DNA of 64,000 nucleotides from Candidatus Eiseniibacteriota bacterium. Lineage in GTDB: Bacteria > Eisenbacteria > RBG-16-71-46. Within the stretch, counting starts at the first letter, position 1. Each line of letters starts with the position of its first letter. The notes below the pieces were generated by a model, which worked only from the letters and a program-made list of their open reading frames with translations, was not told where the DNA came from and did not search any database. Location of the stretch: assembly GCA_044222065.1 (NCBI GenBank), contig JBGAOA010000002.1, forward strand, positions 32,001 to 96,000. Direction: 5' to 3'. The translations under genes and the position numbers were made by a program. Shown piece by piece: positions 29,795 to 40,452 of this stretch.

Positions 29795-30136
29795 ATGGCG
29801 ATCGCGCGGCGGCAGGAGGGAAGCGTCACGGTGCTGAGCCCGAACGGCAGCTACTTCGGGGACGGCGAAACGGACGACCTGCAGCGCGCGATTCTGGCCG
29901 AGGCGGGGGCCGGCAATCAGCGGCTCGTCTTGAATCTCACCGAGTGCGAGACGATGAATTCGATCGCGATCGGCGTCTTGATGAGAGCGTTCACGAATTA
30001 CCGGAGCCGTCAGGGCGACATCCGCCTGTGCGGAATGTCGCAGCGGCTCGTGGAACTGTTCACGATGACCAAGCTCGTGCACGTGTTTGGTCATTACGAG
30101 ACCGAAGCCGAGGCCATCGCCTCGTTCGCGTCTTAG
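29795..30136 (+). CDS. STAS-domain protein, paralog of upstream gene
   Basis: LVLNLTECETMNSIAIGVLM..LFTMTKL; shares G.ETD.L and AIASFA with the upstream STAS. Confidence 0.85.
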   Translation: MAIARRQEGSVTVLSPNGSYFGDGETDDLQRAILAEAGAGNQRLVLNLTECETMNSIAIGVLMRAFTNYRSRQGDIRLCGMSQRLVELFTMTKLVHVFGHYETEAEAIASFAS

Positions 30137-30301
30137 CAACCAACCCCGGCGACCGGGTCGGGGCAAAGGGGTCATCAGGCAGGCGCGGCGCCGAGCCCCA
30201 CCAGGGCGTGGTGGCCGGCGGCTCCGCCCGGCGGCCTCGAGGCTTCACGAACCGTTCGGTACGAGGCAGCGCCGAGGCCGGACACGGAGGACAACCTCGC
30301 A

Positions 30302-31042
30302 ATGAGCCGTTTCATCGTTCCGATTGGTTTCGTGGCTGCAGCCGTCGTGTCCTACCTGATCTGGCAGTTCCTGCCGGTGATCGGTGAGGTCGGGAAGAAC
30401 GTCCAGCAGGGCGGTCCGCTCGTCGCCGCGCTCATCATGCTGATCATCCTGCAAACCGCGTTCATCATCGAGCGCGTGTGGAGCCTCAAGAAGGCGAACG
30501 GCGCGCGCCCGATGTCGATGTTCCTCAGCGACGTGCGCAAGCGCCTCCACCAGTCCGACGTCGAAGGCGCCATCAAGGCCTGCGCCGCGCAGCGCGGCTC
30601 CGCGGCGAACGTGATCCGCGCCGGCCTCGAGCGCTACCTGCAGCTCAAGCACGAGGGTGCGACGAAGGAGAAGATCGTCGCCGAGACGCAGACCGCGATC
30701 CAGGAAGCGAACGGTCTCGAAGTGCCGCTCCTCGAGCGCAACCTGACCGCGCTGTCCACGATCGCCTCGATCTCGACGATGGTCGGCCTGCTCGGAACCG
30801 TCATCGGCATGATCCGTTCGTTCGCGGCCCTCGGCCACACGGGCGCCGTGGACGCGACGAAGCTCGCCATCGGCATCTCGGAAGCGCTCATCAACACCGC
30901 TGGCGGACTCATTTGCGCGATCGCCGGCATCGTGGCCTACAACGTGTTCGTGACGCGCGTCGACGCCTTCAACTACATGATGGACGAAGCGTCGTACGAG
31001 GCGGTCCAGCTGCTCGCGGCGTCCACGGGCGACAAGAAGTAA
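30302..31042 (+). CDS. exbB: MotA/TolQ/ExbB proton channel protein
   Basis: LSTIASISTMVGLLGTVIGMIRSF..GISEALINTA.GL. Confidence 0.92.
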   Translation: MSRFIVPIGFVAAAVVSYLIWQFLPVIGEVGKNVQQGGPLVAALIMLIILQTAFIIERVWSLKKANGARPMSMFLSDVRKRLHQSDVEGAIKACAAQRGSAANVIRAGLERYLQLKHEGATKEKIVAETQTAIQEANGLEVPLLERNLTALSTIASISTMVGLLGTVIGMIRSFAALGHTGAVDATKLAIGISEALINTAGGLICAIAGIVAYNVFVTRVDAFNYMMDEASYEAVQLLAASTGDKK

Positions 31043-31060
31043 ACGAGGGGAGCTCCCGAC

Positions 31061-31558
31061 ATGCTTAAGAAGATGCGCCGCATCGGCATCGCCATCGACA
31101 TGACGCCGATGGTCGATGTGGCGTTCCTGCTCCTCATCTTTTTCATGTGTACGACTCAGTTCAAGCCGCCCGAGGCGGACAAGATCTCGCTTCCGGAGTC
31201 GAACTCGGAGGCGAAGTCGCCCGAGTCGGACATCATCACGATCTCGGTCACGAAGCCGAAGCCCGAGAACGGGAACGTCTCGCTCGTGCACGTGATCTAC
31301 CGTCAGGCCGGACAGGAAGTGAAGCGCGAGCTGCTTCCGCCGCAGATCGCCACCGATCTCGGAACGGTCCTGAGCAACGCACGTGCGGCCAACCCGGCGG
31401 CGCGCGTCATCGTCAAAATGGACAAGGACGCGGAGTACGGCGTCATGGCCGACATGATGGGCGCGCTGCAGGAGGCGAAGGCTTCGCGTTTCAACGTGCA
31501 GACCGATCTCGAAGGTTCCGGAAACATCTTCGGGAAGAAACCTGGCGCCGAAAAGTAG
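31061..31558 (+). CDS. exbD: ExbD/TolR family protein
   Basis: IDMTPMVDVAFLLLIFFM with conserved TM Asp; D...YG. Confidence 0.92.
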   Translation: MLKKMRRIGIAIDMTPMVDVAFLLLIFFMCTTQFKPPEADKISLPESNSEAKSPESDIITISVTKPKPENGNVSLVHVIYRQAGQEVKRELLPPQIATDLGTVLSNARAANPAARVIVKMDKDAEYGVMADMMGALQEAKASRFNVQTDLEGSGNIFGKKPGAEK

Positions 31559-31574
31559 AGGGGGGTGAGACTCC

Positions 31575-32078
31575 ATGGGCGCGGTAGACACTCCACAACG
31601 AGAAAAAAAGGGCGGGAAGAAGGGCAAATCGTTCCGCCGTCCGAAGCGTCGCGTCGGTGTTCGAATCGACATGACGCCGATGGTGGACGTCGCGTTCCTC
31701 CTGCTGATCTTCTTCATGGTCACGACCGTGTTCCGCACGCCGCAGGCGTTGGAGATCAACCTCCCGCCGGACAAGGACGTCGAGATCCAGGTTGCCGAGT
31801 CCAAGGTCATGTCGCTTCGCGTCATGGGCGAGGATCTCGTGTACTGGAAGCGCGGCGGCAAGGAAGTGCCGTGGGCGCGCACGGACATCAAGGGGCTCGA
31901 GGACGTCTTCAAGCCGTTCAAGGGAAGCAAGGACCTCGTGGTCGTCGTGAAGATCGACCCGAAGGCGAAGTTCCACTGCATGGTCGACGTCATTGATGAA
32001 CTCGACCTTTCGAATCTGACCCGCTTCTCGCTCGGTACGGTGACCGACGAGGAGAGGAAGGAGGTCGAGGGACTGTGA
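31575..32078 (+). CDS. exbD: ExbD/TolR family protein (second copy)
   Basis: Basic N-terminus then IDMTPMVDVAFLLLIFFM; VDVIDEL. Confidence 0.92.
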   Translation: MGAVDTPQREKKGGKKGKSFRRPKRRVGVRIDMTPMVDVAFLLLIFFMVTTVFRTPQALEINLPPDKDVEIQVAESKVMSLRVMGEDLVYWKRGGKEVPWARTDIKGLEDVFKPFKGSKDLVVVVKIDPKAKFHCMVDVIDELDLSNLTRFSLGTVTDEERKEVEGL

Positions 32079-32794
32079 CCGCGGAACGCATTTCGCTTTA
32101 CGACTTCATGCCCTACGGGGCGCCCGAGCTGCGAGAAGTCGCCCGCAAGTACATGGTGCGGGCGGTCGCGGTGGCCTGCCTCGCGTGGCTCAGCGTGTTC
32201 CTCGTGTCGTTCGGCACGAGCGAGCTGCTGAAGCGACGTCCGCACGAGGAGAAGGTCATCATCGTTCCGTACCGCGAGCTGCAGGCGCCGCCGCCGCTCA
32301 CGGACAACGAGCCGCCGCCGCAGGTGGCGATCGCGCAGCCGACGGCGCCGCCCACGGTGGGCGTCGCGGTGCCGGTGCCCGACGCGGAAGCGCCTCCCGA
32401 GCAGACCATCGCCTCGCAGGAGGAAATCGCCGCGGCGACGCCCGGAACGAGCACGCAGGAGGGCGACAACATCGTCGTCGCGCCTCCATCCGAAGAGGAG
32501 ATGCCGAAGTTCGGCGAGTACGTCTACACGGACGAACTGCCGGAGCTGATCACGAAGGTTCAGCCCGCGTACCCCGACATCGCGCGTGAAGCGGGCGTCG
32601 AGGGCAAGGTGCTGGTGCAGGCGCTGGTCGGCAAGGACGGCAGGGTCAAGGACACGCGTGTCGTGAGCGGTCCGCCGATGCTGAAGGACAACGCCGAGGC
32701 GGCGGTCAAGCAGTACGTGTTCAAGCCAGCGCTTGCGAACAACAAGCCGGTGGCCTGCTGGGTCGCGATTCCGATCAATTTCACCCTGCACTGA
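32075..32794 (+). CDS. tonB: Energy transducer TonB
   Basis: N-terminal TM, Pro-rich linker, [18 protein letters not shown] TonB_C domain. Confidence 0.9.
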   Translation: MTAERISLYDFMPYGAPELREVARKYMVRAVAVACLAWLSVFLVSFGTSELLKRRPHEEKVIIVPYRELQAPPPLTDNEPPPQVAIAQPTAPPTVGVAVPVPDAEAPPEQTIASQEEIAAATPGTSTQEGDNIVVAPPSEEEMPKFGEYVYTDELPELITKVQPAYPDIAREAGVEGKVLVQALVGKDGRVKDTRVVSGPPMLKDNAEAAVKQYVFKPALANNKPVACWVAIPINFTLH

Positions 32795-32877
32795 GAGGCG
32801 GCACCGGGGCCGAGACATCGTCCGAACCGGGACGGAGGATGCAGTGAGGGAATCGCCGCGATGGCGCGGAGGGTTCC

Positions 32878-33498
32878 ATGCGTTCGACGTCGAAGGTTTC
32901 GCTGCACGAGTTCCTGCCCTACGGCGCGCCCGACCTGATCGCGGCGGCGCGTCCCGATCTGGCCCGGTCGCTGGCGGTTTCCGCCGGTGGCTGGGCCATC
33001 GTGTTCGTGGCGATGGTGATTGCGCTGCCGTGGATGCCGGCGCCGCGACTCGTCGGGGTGGCGCCGCCACGCGATCCCGTCGTTCCGATTCCCGTCGTGA
33101 CGCCCGTGACTCCGGTCGTGGATCCGGGGACGCCGGTCGTGGCCCCGCGAGCGCCCGGCGTCGCGGGCGGCGTTCCGGTACCCGCGCCCGAGCCGATGGA
33201 GAGTGGCGCGGGCGAGACCCCGCTCTACGAAGTGGACGAACTCCCGCAGCCCGTCACGAGCCCGGTTCCCGAGTACCCGTCGCTCGCGCGCGAGATCGGG
33301 CTCGAGGGCGTGGTCGCGATCAAGGTGCTCGTCGGGCGCGACGGTCGCGTCGAGGCCGCCGAGGTCGTGCACTCCGGCGGCACGTTCGACGGCGCGGCCC
33401 TCGAGAGCGCGCGGCGCTGGGTGTTCACCCCGGCACTCGTCCGCGGGCATCCCGTTCGGGTCTGGGTCGTGCTGCCGTTCCGCTTCAAGCTCCGCTGA
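32878..33498 (+). CDS. tonB: Energy transducer TonB (second copy)
   Basis: TM, Pro-rich linker, YPSLAREIGLEGVV..WVFTPA..F.L. Confidence 0.88.
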   Translation: MRSTSKVSLHEFLPYGAPDLIAAARPDLARSLAVSAGGWAIVFVAMVIALPWMPAPRLVGVAPPRDPVVPIPVVTPVTPVVDPGTPVVAPRAPGVAGGVPVPAPEPMESGAGETPLYEVDELPQPVTSPVPEYPSLAREIGLEGVVAIKVLVGRDGRVEAAEVVHSGGTFDGAALESARRWVFTPALVRGHPVRVWVVLPFRFKLR

Positions 33499-33590
33499 AG
33501 CGGGAGCGCTGAAGTCGGCGTGCGGGCGCAGGCTGCCTCTTCGTCGCGCCCGCGCCCGGGGGGGTATTGTCCGCGCCGGTAGGGGGCCGG

Positions 33591-33619
33591 TTGACCGTCC
33601 TGAACGCGCTCCATAACCT
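33591..33619 (+). promoter_or_regulatory. Putative sigma70 promoter for the YIP1/TolC exporter cluster
   Basis: TTGACC-N17-TAACCT. Confidence 0.6.
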
Positions 33620-33668
33620 GCGTTCCGCAGTCCGCGCACACCTGTCCCCGCACGTCAGGAGTGACCCC

Positions 33669-34427
33669 ATGTCCAGCGAATTCCCCTCCGCCCCGGCGGC
33701 CGACGCCACCGGTCCGTCGCTCTCGCTCCTGCAACGCTCGATCGCCGTGTTCGCCCGTCCGTCGCAGGCCTGGGGCGGATTGCGCGAACGGACGCAGTGG
33801 TGGTTCCCGCTCGTCGTCCTGCTCCTCGTTCACGCACTCAGCGCCGCGGTGCTGTTCCGCACCGCGATGATCCCGATGCTGCACGATCAGTGGGAGGAAC
33901 AGATCGCCGCCGGGAACATGACGACGGAGCAGATGGACAAGGCGAGTGCGTTCATGGATAGCAACTTCGGCCTCGTCGCGACGATCGTGCCGCAGGTCGT
34001 CATGCTCGTGCTGCTGACGCTCCTCGAGGCCCTGCTCCTGTGGTTCGGGGCCGGCTTCGTCCTCGGCACGGGGATGAAATTCCGGTGGGCGCTCGAGGTC
34101 GTCTCGTGGTCCGGTCTCGTGACCATCCCGGGCGCCATTCTGATGTCGGTGCTCGCGTGGACGAACGGCACGATGAAGAACCTCCACATCGGCTTCGGGA
34201 TCCTGCTGCCCTCGAATGATCCGCCGACTCGGATTCTGACCGCGCTCGGGGCGTTCCTCGACGGCATCGGGCCGCTCGCGATCTGGTTCCTGATCGTCGC
34301 GATCCTCGGCGCCTCGGCGCTCTCCGGGGCCCCCGTTCGCCGCATCGCCGGCGTGCTCGTCGGCATTTACCTCGCGGTGCTCCTCTTTGGCGCCGGCCTC
34401 GCGGCCGTGATGGTCCCGGCGTCCTGA
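33669..34427 (+). CDS. YIP1-family membrane protein
   Basis: VFARPSQAW..L..W..PL N-terminus and about five TMs; first gene of exporter cluster. Confidence 0.75.
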   Translation: MSSEFPSAPAADATGPSLSLLQRSIAVFARPSQAWGGLRERTQWWFPLVVLLLVHALSAAVLFRTAMIPMLHDQWEEQIAAGNMTTEQMDKASAFMDSNFGLVATIVPQVVMLVLLTLLEALLLWFGAGFVLGTGMKFRWALEVVSWSGLVTIPGAILMSVLAWTNGTMKNLHIGFGILLPSNDPPTRILTALGAFLDGIGPLAIWFLIVAILGASALSGAPVRRIAGVLVGIYLAVLLFGAGLAAVMVPAS

Positions 34428-34512
34428 CGAAGCTGAAACACAATTCAACCTTCTGCGTAGAAGCGCTCATGCGACGGATTGCGTCCGTCGTCGGGACGTC
34501 AGGGAGGCAGGA

Positions 34513-35868
34513 ATGATGAGATTGGGACGCTGGGCGATGGCCGCGATGCTCGCGAGCACGACCCTGACCGGAGTGGCGTCCGCCGCCGTCTTGACGGTGG
34601 ACGACGCCGTGAAGCTCGCGCTGCAGAACGGCCCCGGCGCTCACGAGGCCGAAGCCAACGTTCTCGGCTCGAAGGGGCAGCTGTGGAACGCGTACTCGGG
34701 CGTGCTGCCGCGAGTTTCCGGGTCGCTGTCGCGCTTCCAGAACGAGACGATCGGCGCGCAGCAGAACGGCACCGCGGTGTTCCTCGGCACCGAATTCCCG
34801 TTCTCGCAGACGAGCGACAGCGAGTCGCACGGCACGACTCCGGGGCTCAGCGCGTCCTGGACGCTCCTCAGCCTGTCGTCCTGGTCGAACCTGTCGGCCG
34901 CGCGAACCGGGTTCCGCGCGGCGCGCCACTCGCGGTCGTCGGCGCGCAACGACGTCGTCCTCGACGTGAAGCAGAAGTACTACGGCGTCGTGAAGGCGGT
35001 ACGGCTCGCGGACGTGTCGAGCGGCGCGCTCAAACTCGCGCGCGACGACGAGCGGCGCGTTCGCGCCCTGTTCGAGGTCGGCTCGGTGTCCCGCAGCGAT
35101 CTCCTCAAGGCGCAGGTGCGCACAGCTCAGAGCCAGCTCGATTCGCTCACGAAGCATCATCAGGTGACGGTGCAGCGCATCGCGCTCGCGACTTCGGTCG
35201 GCGTGTCCGAATCGGCGCTCGGCGAAGTCGACACGACGCTGACGGCCGCCCCGGTGGAGTACGACGAGTCCTCGCTCGTTTCGGAAGCGGCGAAGGCTCG
35301 TCCGGACCTGCTGGCGTCGGAAGCGGGCGTTCGGGCCGCGCAGGCGTCGCTCAATTCGGCGCGCTTCCGCCGGCTCCCGTACCTGACCGCGGGCGGGTCG
35401 GTGGACCTGAACTCCAAGTCGCGTTCGACGACCACGCAGTCCGGCGTCACGCCGCGTTCGACGAACAGCGAGACCGAGCGTTCGCTCCAGGCGTCGCTCG
35501 CCCTGAACTGGGATCTCTTCGACGGCTTCGCCACCGACGGCGCGATCGCGTCGGCGCGTGCGAACCTGATCCGTTCGCGCGATCAGCGCGACGTCCTGCG
35601 CCGCAACCTCGAGAGCGAGGTGCACCAGGCGCTGCTCACGTACCGCGAAGCGCTCGAGCGCTCGAACGTGTCGCAGCGGGCGCTCGAGTCGGCGACCGAG
35701 AACCTCAAGCTCACGCAGCAGAAGTACAACGTCGGTTCGGCGACGATCCTGGACTTGATCGACGCCCAGGTGCAGCTGCAGACCGCGCAGAGCGACATCG
35801 TCTCGGCGATGGCGGACATCCGCCTCGCGGAGGCGGCGGTGGATCGCGTCCGCGGTCGCGGCGAGTGA
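34513..35868 (+). CDS. TolC-family outer membrane protein
   Basis: Signal peptide, LTVDDAVKLAL, two OEP repeats (FEVGSVSRSDLL; YNVGSATILDLIDAQ). Confidence 0.9.
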   Translation: MMRLGRWAMAAMLASTTLTGVASAAVLTVDDAVKLALQNGPGAHEAEANVLGSKGQLWNAYSGVLPRVSGSLSRFQNETIGAQQNGTAVFLGTEFPFSQTSDSESHGTTPGLSASWTLLSLSSWSNLSAARTGFRAARHSRSSARNDVVLDVKQKYYGVVKAVRLADVSSGALKLARDDERRVRALFEVGSVSRSDLLKAQVRTAQSQLDSLTKHHQVTVQRIALATSVGVSESALGEVDTTLTAAPVEYDESSLVSEAAKARPDLLASEAGVRAAQASLNSARFRRLPYLTAGGSVDLNSKSRSTTTQSGVTPRSTNSETERSLQASLALNWDLFDGFATDGAIASARANLIRSRDQRDVLRRNLESEVHQALLTYREALERSNVSQRALESATENLKLTQQKYNVGSATILDLIDAQVQLQTAQSDIVSAMADIRLAEAAVDRVRGRGE

Positions 35869-35890
35869 AGTTCGGACCACAGGGGACGCC

Positions 35891-37195
35891 ATGAAGAAGA
35901 AGTGGTTGTGGATCGGCCTCGGCGCGTTGCTGCTCGTCCTCATCGTCGTCGCCGGTATCGCGAAGAACTCCGGGAGCAAGGTCACCGCGGTTCAGTTCGC
36001 GCGCGTCCGCAAGGAGATCATCACCTCCACCGTGCGCGCCCCCGGCAAGATCGAACCGAAGACCCAGGTGAAGATCAGCGCCGACATCGCGGCCAAGGTC
36101 ATCGACCTGCGCGTGAAGGAAGGCGATGCCGTGAAGCGCGGCCAGCTCATGCTGCAGCTCGACGACACGCAGTACCGGACCTTCTTCGAGCAGTCGAAGG
36201 CGGCGTACGCGTCCGCCCAGGCGCGGCTCCGCGAGGCGACTCACAGCCAGGGGGTCGTGAACGCGAACTACGAACGCCAGTCCTCGCTCTTCAAGCAGGG
36301 TCTGCTGTCGCAGGCCGAGTGGGACCAGGCGACGAGCACGCACGAGTCGGCGAACGTCGCGGCCGCGATGGCCGCCGAGGAAGTCACGCGTTCGCGCTCG
36401 GCGATGGAAGCCGCTCGCGACAATCTCGACAAGACCCGGTTCATCGCGCCGTTCGACGGCGTCGTGAGCGCGCTCAACGTCGAGGAAGGCGAGATCGTCA
36501 TCACGGGCACGATGAACAACCCCGGCACGCAGATCATGGTCGTGTCCGACCTGTCGCGCATGCTCGTGCGCGCCGACGTGGATGAGACCGACGTCGTGGA
36601 CATGAAGATCGGGCAGAAGGCGAAGATCTCGGTGGACGCGCTCCCGGACACGACGTTCCCCGGCACGGTCGTCGAGATCGGGAACACGGCGAAGCGCTCC
36701 ATCACGTCCACGGTGGAAGGACAGACGAACTTCGAAGTGAAGGTCGTGTTCGACGACAACGTCGCCGCGGTTCGGCCGGGCATGACCGCCGACGTCGAGA
36801 TCGAGACGGCGTCGCGCGACGGCGCGCTCGGCGTGCCGATCCAGGCCGTGGTCGTGCGCACGCAGCGCGAACTGGACCGTGCCGCGAAGCCCGGCGCGGG
36901 CAAGCAGGCGCGCAAGCCGAAGCCGCGCGCCGGAGACGCGATCGCCGCCGAGGACGACACGGTCGGCCGCAAGGACAAGGAGATCACCGGCGTGTTCGTG
37001 GCGAAGGACGGCGTTGCGTCGTTCGTTCCCGTGCGGACCGGCATTGCGAGCGAGACCACGATCGAGGTGCTCGGCGAGGTGAAGGAAGGCGAGACGATCG
37101 TCGCGGGTCCCTACAAGGCGCTGCGCGAGCTGAAGCCCGGCAACAGGGTGAAGGCAGAGGCGGCGGGCAAGGGAGGAAGCGGTGGCCGGAAGTAA
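35891..37195 (+). CDS. Efflux membrane fusion protein (MacA/HlyD family)
   Basis: N-terminal [33 protein letters not shown]. Confidence 0.9.
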   Translation: MKKKWLWIGLGALLLVLIVVAGIAKNSGSKVTAVQFARVRKEIITSTVRAPGKIEPKTQVKISADIAAKVIDLRVKEGDAVKRGQLMLQLDDTQYRTFFEQSKAAYASAQARLREATHSQGVVNANYERQSSLFKQGLLSQAEWDQATSTHESANVAAAMAAEEVTRSRSAMEAARDNLDKTRFIAPFDGVVSALNVEEGEIVITGTMNNPGTQIMVVSDLSRMLVRADVDETDVVDMKIGQKAKISVDALPDTTFPGTVVEIGNTAKRSITSTVEGQTNFEVKVVFDDNVAAVRPGMTADVEIETASRDGALGVPIQAVVVRTQRELDRAAKPGAGKQARKPKPRAGDAIAAEDDTVGRKDKEITGVFVAKDGVASFVPVRTGIASETTIEVLGEVKEGETIVAGPYKALRELKPGNRVKAEAAGKGGSGGRK

Positions 37196-37904
37196 CGGCG
37201 AGAGCCTGATCCAGATCCGCGACCTCTACCGGATCTACCAGGTCGGCACCGAGGAAGTGCACGCTCTGAACGGCGTGGACCTCGACATCCGGACGAACGA
37301 ATATGTCGCGATCATGGGGCCGTCGGGGTCGGGCAAGAGCACGCTCATGAACCTGCTCGGCTGTCTCGACACTCCGACGCGCGGCTCGTACCAGCTGAAG
37401 GGGCAGGAGATCGGTTCGATGACGGACGACGATCTTGCGCGCATCCGAAATCGCGAGATCGGCTTCGTCTTCCAGACCTTCAATCTGCTGCCGCGTGCCG
37501 ACGCGCTACACAACGTGGAACTGCCGCTCGTGTATGCGGGCATGCGTCACGAGGAGCGCCGTCAGCGCGCGCGCGAGGCGCTCGTGACCGTGGGACTCGC
37601 CGACCGCATGAAGCACCGGCCGAACGAGCTGTCGGGCGGCCAGCGGCAGCGCGTCGCGATCGCGCGCGCGCTGGTGAATCGGCCGAGCATCATCCTCGCG
37701 GACGAGCCGACCGGAAATCTCGACACGGCGACGGGTGTGGAGATCATGAATGCGTTCGAGCGCATCTGGGAGCAGGGCAACACCGTGATCCTGGTGACGC
37801 ACGAGGCCGACATCGCACAGCACGCGCGCCGCATCGTGCGCATGCGCGACGGCAAGATCGAGAGCGACGTCGTGAATTCCATGTCCCCGAAGGCACACGC
37901 GTGA
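37182..37904 (+). CDS. ABC transporter ATP-binding protein (LolD/MacB-type)
   Basis: [30 protein letters not shown]. Confidence 0.93.
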   Translation: MAGSNGESLIQIRDLYRIYQVGTEEVHALNGVDLDIRTNEYVAIMGPSGSGKSTLMNLLGCLDTPTRGSYQLKGQEIGSMTDDDLARIRNREIGFVFQTFNLLPRADALHNVELPLVYAGMRHEERRQRAREALVTVGLADRMKHRPNELSGGQRQRVAIARALVNRPSIILADEPTGNLDTATGVEIMNAFERIWEQGNTVILVTHEADIAQHARRIVRMRDGKIESDVVNSMSPKAHA

Positions 37905-39118
37905 TCCTGCGGGAGAGCGTGGGCATCGCGCTCGGAGCGTTGCGGGCGAACAAGCTGCGGTCCTTCCTGACGCTGCTCGGCACGATCATCGGCGTGATGT
38001 CCGTGATCGCCGTCGTGTCGTTCGTCGAAGGCATGAACCGCTACGTGTCCGACAAGCTGATCGACGCCGGTTCGAACACGTTCGAGGTCGACAAGTTCGG
38101 ACTGATCATGAGCCAGGAGGCGTACGACGAGGCGCGCAAGCGCCCCGACGTGACGGTGGCGGAAGGCGACATGCTGCGGGAGCGCCTGCGCACCGCGTCG
38201 CAGGTCGTCATCGCCCAGGCCACGTCGCTGAACGTCCGCTACCGCTCGAAGCTCGTCGCGAACGTCCGCGTGCGCGGCCGCAGCGCGGGCTACGAGATCA
38301 TCGACGACCTCGCGATCGACGCCGGGCGGCACCTGAACGACTTCGACGACCAGCGCCGGCAGCTCACGTGCGTGATCGGGCCCGAAGTCGCCGAGGAGCT
38401 GTTCGAGAACCTGGACCCGGTCGGGCGGCGAATCCGGGTCGGCGATCACCTGTACGAGATCGTCGGCGTGGGGAAGGCGAAAGGACGAGTGCTGGGCGAG
38501 AGCCAGGATCGCTACGTCATCGTTCCGATCCGCACGTTCGTGAAGTACGAGATGGAGCGCGGATCGGTGAGCGTGCTCGTGAAGAGCCGCGATCAGGCTT
38601 CGTTGCCGGCGACGCAGCAGGAAGTGCGGAACCTGCTTCGCGCGCGGCGCCACCTCGGACCGGGAAAGCCCGACAACTTCGCGATCACGACCTCCGACGC
38701 GTACATGGACCTCTATCGCAACCTCACCGGCGGCATCTTCGTCGTGAGCATCGGCGTGGCGGCGATCTCGCTGCTCGTCGGCGGCATCGTGATCATGAAC
38801 ATCATGCTCGTGTCGGTGACCGAGCGAACGCGCGAGATCGGCGTGCGCAAGGCGCTCGGCGCGCGGCGCCGCGACATCCTCACGCAGTTCCTCGTGGAGT
38901 CCATCACGCTTTCGCTCGCGGGGGGCATGACGGGCATCGTTCTCGGGGTCGCGATCGCGCTCCTGGTCGGGGCGATCAGCCCGCTGCCGGCGGCCGTCAA
39001 CGTGCCCGCGTTGTTTCTCGGCATCCTGATGTCCACGGGGGTCGGCGTGTTCTTCGGTTCCTATCCCGCCGTGCGTGCGGCGCGCCTCGATCCGATCGAA
39101 GCGCTGAGGTACGAGTAG
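37901..39118 (+). CDS. MacB/FtsX-family ABC permease (type A, copy 1)
   Basis: [47 protein letters not shown]. Confidence 0.92.
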   Translation: MILRESVGIALGALRANKLRSFLTLLGTIIGVMSVIAVVSFVEGMNRYVSDKLIDAGSNTFEVDKFGLIMSQEAYDEARKRPDVTVAEGDMLRERLRTASQVVIAQATSLNVRYRSKLVANVRVRGRSAGYEIIDDLAIDAGRHLNDFDDQRRQLTCVIGPEVAEELFENLDPVGRRIRVGDHLYEIVGVGKAKGRVLGESQDRYVIVPIRTFVKYEMERGSVSVLVKSRDQASLPATQQEVRNLLRARRHLGPGKPDNFAITTSDAYMDLYRNLTGGIFVVSIGVAAISLLVGGIVIMNIMLVSVTERTREIGVRKALGARRRDILTQFLVESITLSLAGGMTGIVLGVAIALLVGAISPLPAAVNVPALFLGILMSTGVGVFFGSYPAVRAARLDPIEALRYE

Positions 39119-39121
39119 CCC

Positions 39122-40390
39122 GTGGACCTCTTCCTCCTGCGGGAGACCCTGGGCATGGCGGGCCGTGCGCTCGTCGCGAACCGGCTGCGTTCGCTCCTCG
39201 CGCTGCTCGGCATCGTCATCGGCGTCGCGACCGTCATCGGGATGGTGTCCCTGATCAACGGCTTCCAGCGCTCGTTCCAGCAGAGCATCCAGTCCATCGG
39301 GAACAACACGATCTACGTGCGCCGGATCCGGCCCGGCATCCAACTCAACGGGCAGATCCCCGACAGCCTCCGACAGCGCAAAGCCTTCACGATGGACGAT
39401 GCGCGCGCGATCCTCGATCAGTGCCCGAGCGTCGCGGCGGTGTCGCCGTTCAAGTTCCCCTGGGACGACCTGCGACTCGGGCATCGTGGCAAGCAGACGC
39501 GCACGACGTTCGTCTTCGGCACGAACCAGGACTACCTGCGGACGCACGGATACGACCTCGCGCGCGGCCGTTTCTTCACCGAGGAAGAGGTGCGGCGCCG
39601 AGCGCACGTCGTCGTGATCGGCAAGGACACGCGCGAGGCGCTGTTCGGCGACCGCGCGGGGATCGGACAGACCGTGCGCATCGGCACGATCCCGTTCACC
39701 GTGATCGGGGAGTTCGAGTCGAAGGGCAAGTTCCTCGGCAACAACTTCGACGAGGTCGCGGTCGTGCCGTACATGCTGATCGACAAGTACTGGTCGGCGC
39801 CGAATGACGCGCCGCCGTGGTTCCCGCGCAAGGGCGAACTGTTCCTCGACGCGCTGCCGACGTCTCCCGAGGTCAGCGAAGAGGCGCAGCGGCAGATCAC
39901 CGAGGTGCTGCGGGTCCGCCGCCACGTGCCGAGCAACAAGCTGAACGACTTCGCGATCTTCACGGACGAAGCTTTCATGCAGCTCTACCAGCAGATCACC
40001 GGGGCGATCGTCGCACTGATGACGCTCATCTCCTCGATCTCGCTCTTCGTCGGCGGCATCGGCGTCATGAACATCATGCTCGTCGCGGTCACCGAACGGA
40101 CGCGGGAGATCGGCGTGCGCAAGGCGCTCGGCGCGCCGCGACGCGCGATCCTGAGCCAGTTCCTCGTGGAGTCGGTGCTGCTCACGGCTTCGGGCGGCGT
40201 GCTCGGCATCGTGATCGGCGCCGGGATCTCCGCCTTCATCCACGCCGTGAGTCCGCTGCCGACCTACGTCTCGCTGTGGTCGGTCGCGCTCGGAGTGCTT
40301 TTTTCGGCGGCCGTGGGGGTGTTCTTCGGCCTCTATCCCGCGATGCGCGCGTCGCGCCTCGATCCTGTAGATTCCCTGCGTTACGAATGA
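39122..40390 (+). CDS. MacB/FtsX-family ABC permease (type B, copy 1)
   Basis: [34 protein letters not shown]. Confidence 0.92.
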   Translation: MDLFLLRETLGMAGRALVANRLRSLLALLGIVIGVATVIGMVSLINGFQRSFQQSIQSIGNNTIYVRRIRPGIQLNGQIPDSLRQRKAFTMDDARAILDQCPSVAAVSPFKFPWDDLRLGHRGKQTRTTFVFGTNQDYLRTHGYDLARGRFFTEEEVRRRAHVVVIGKDTREALFGDRAGIGQTVRIGTIPFTVIGEFESKGKFLGNNFDEVAVVPYMLIDKYWSAPNDAPPWFPRKGELFLDALPTSPEVSEEAQRQITEVLRVRRHVPSNKLNDFAIFTDEAFMQLYQQITGAIVALMTLISSISLFVGGIGVMNIMLVAVTERTREIGVRKALGAPRRAILSQFLVESVLLTASGGVLGIVIGAGISAFIHAVSPLPTYVSLWSVALGVLFSAAVGVFFGLYPAMRASRLDPVDSLRYE

Positions 40391-40452
40391 CGGGCGGGCG
40401 CGCCGCCGGAGGGCGGGGCGCACCGGACGTCCACCGGGGGAGTCGCCGGTCG

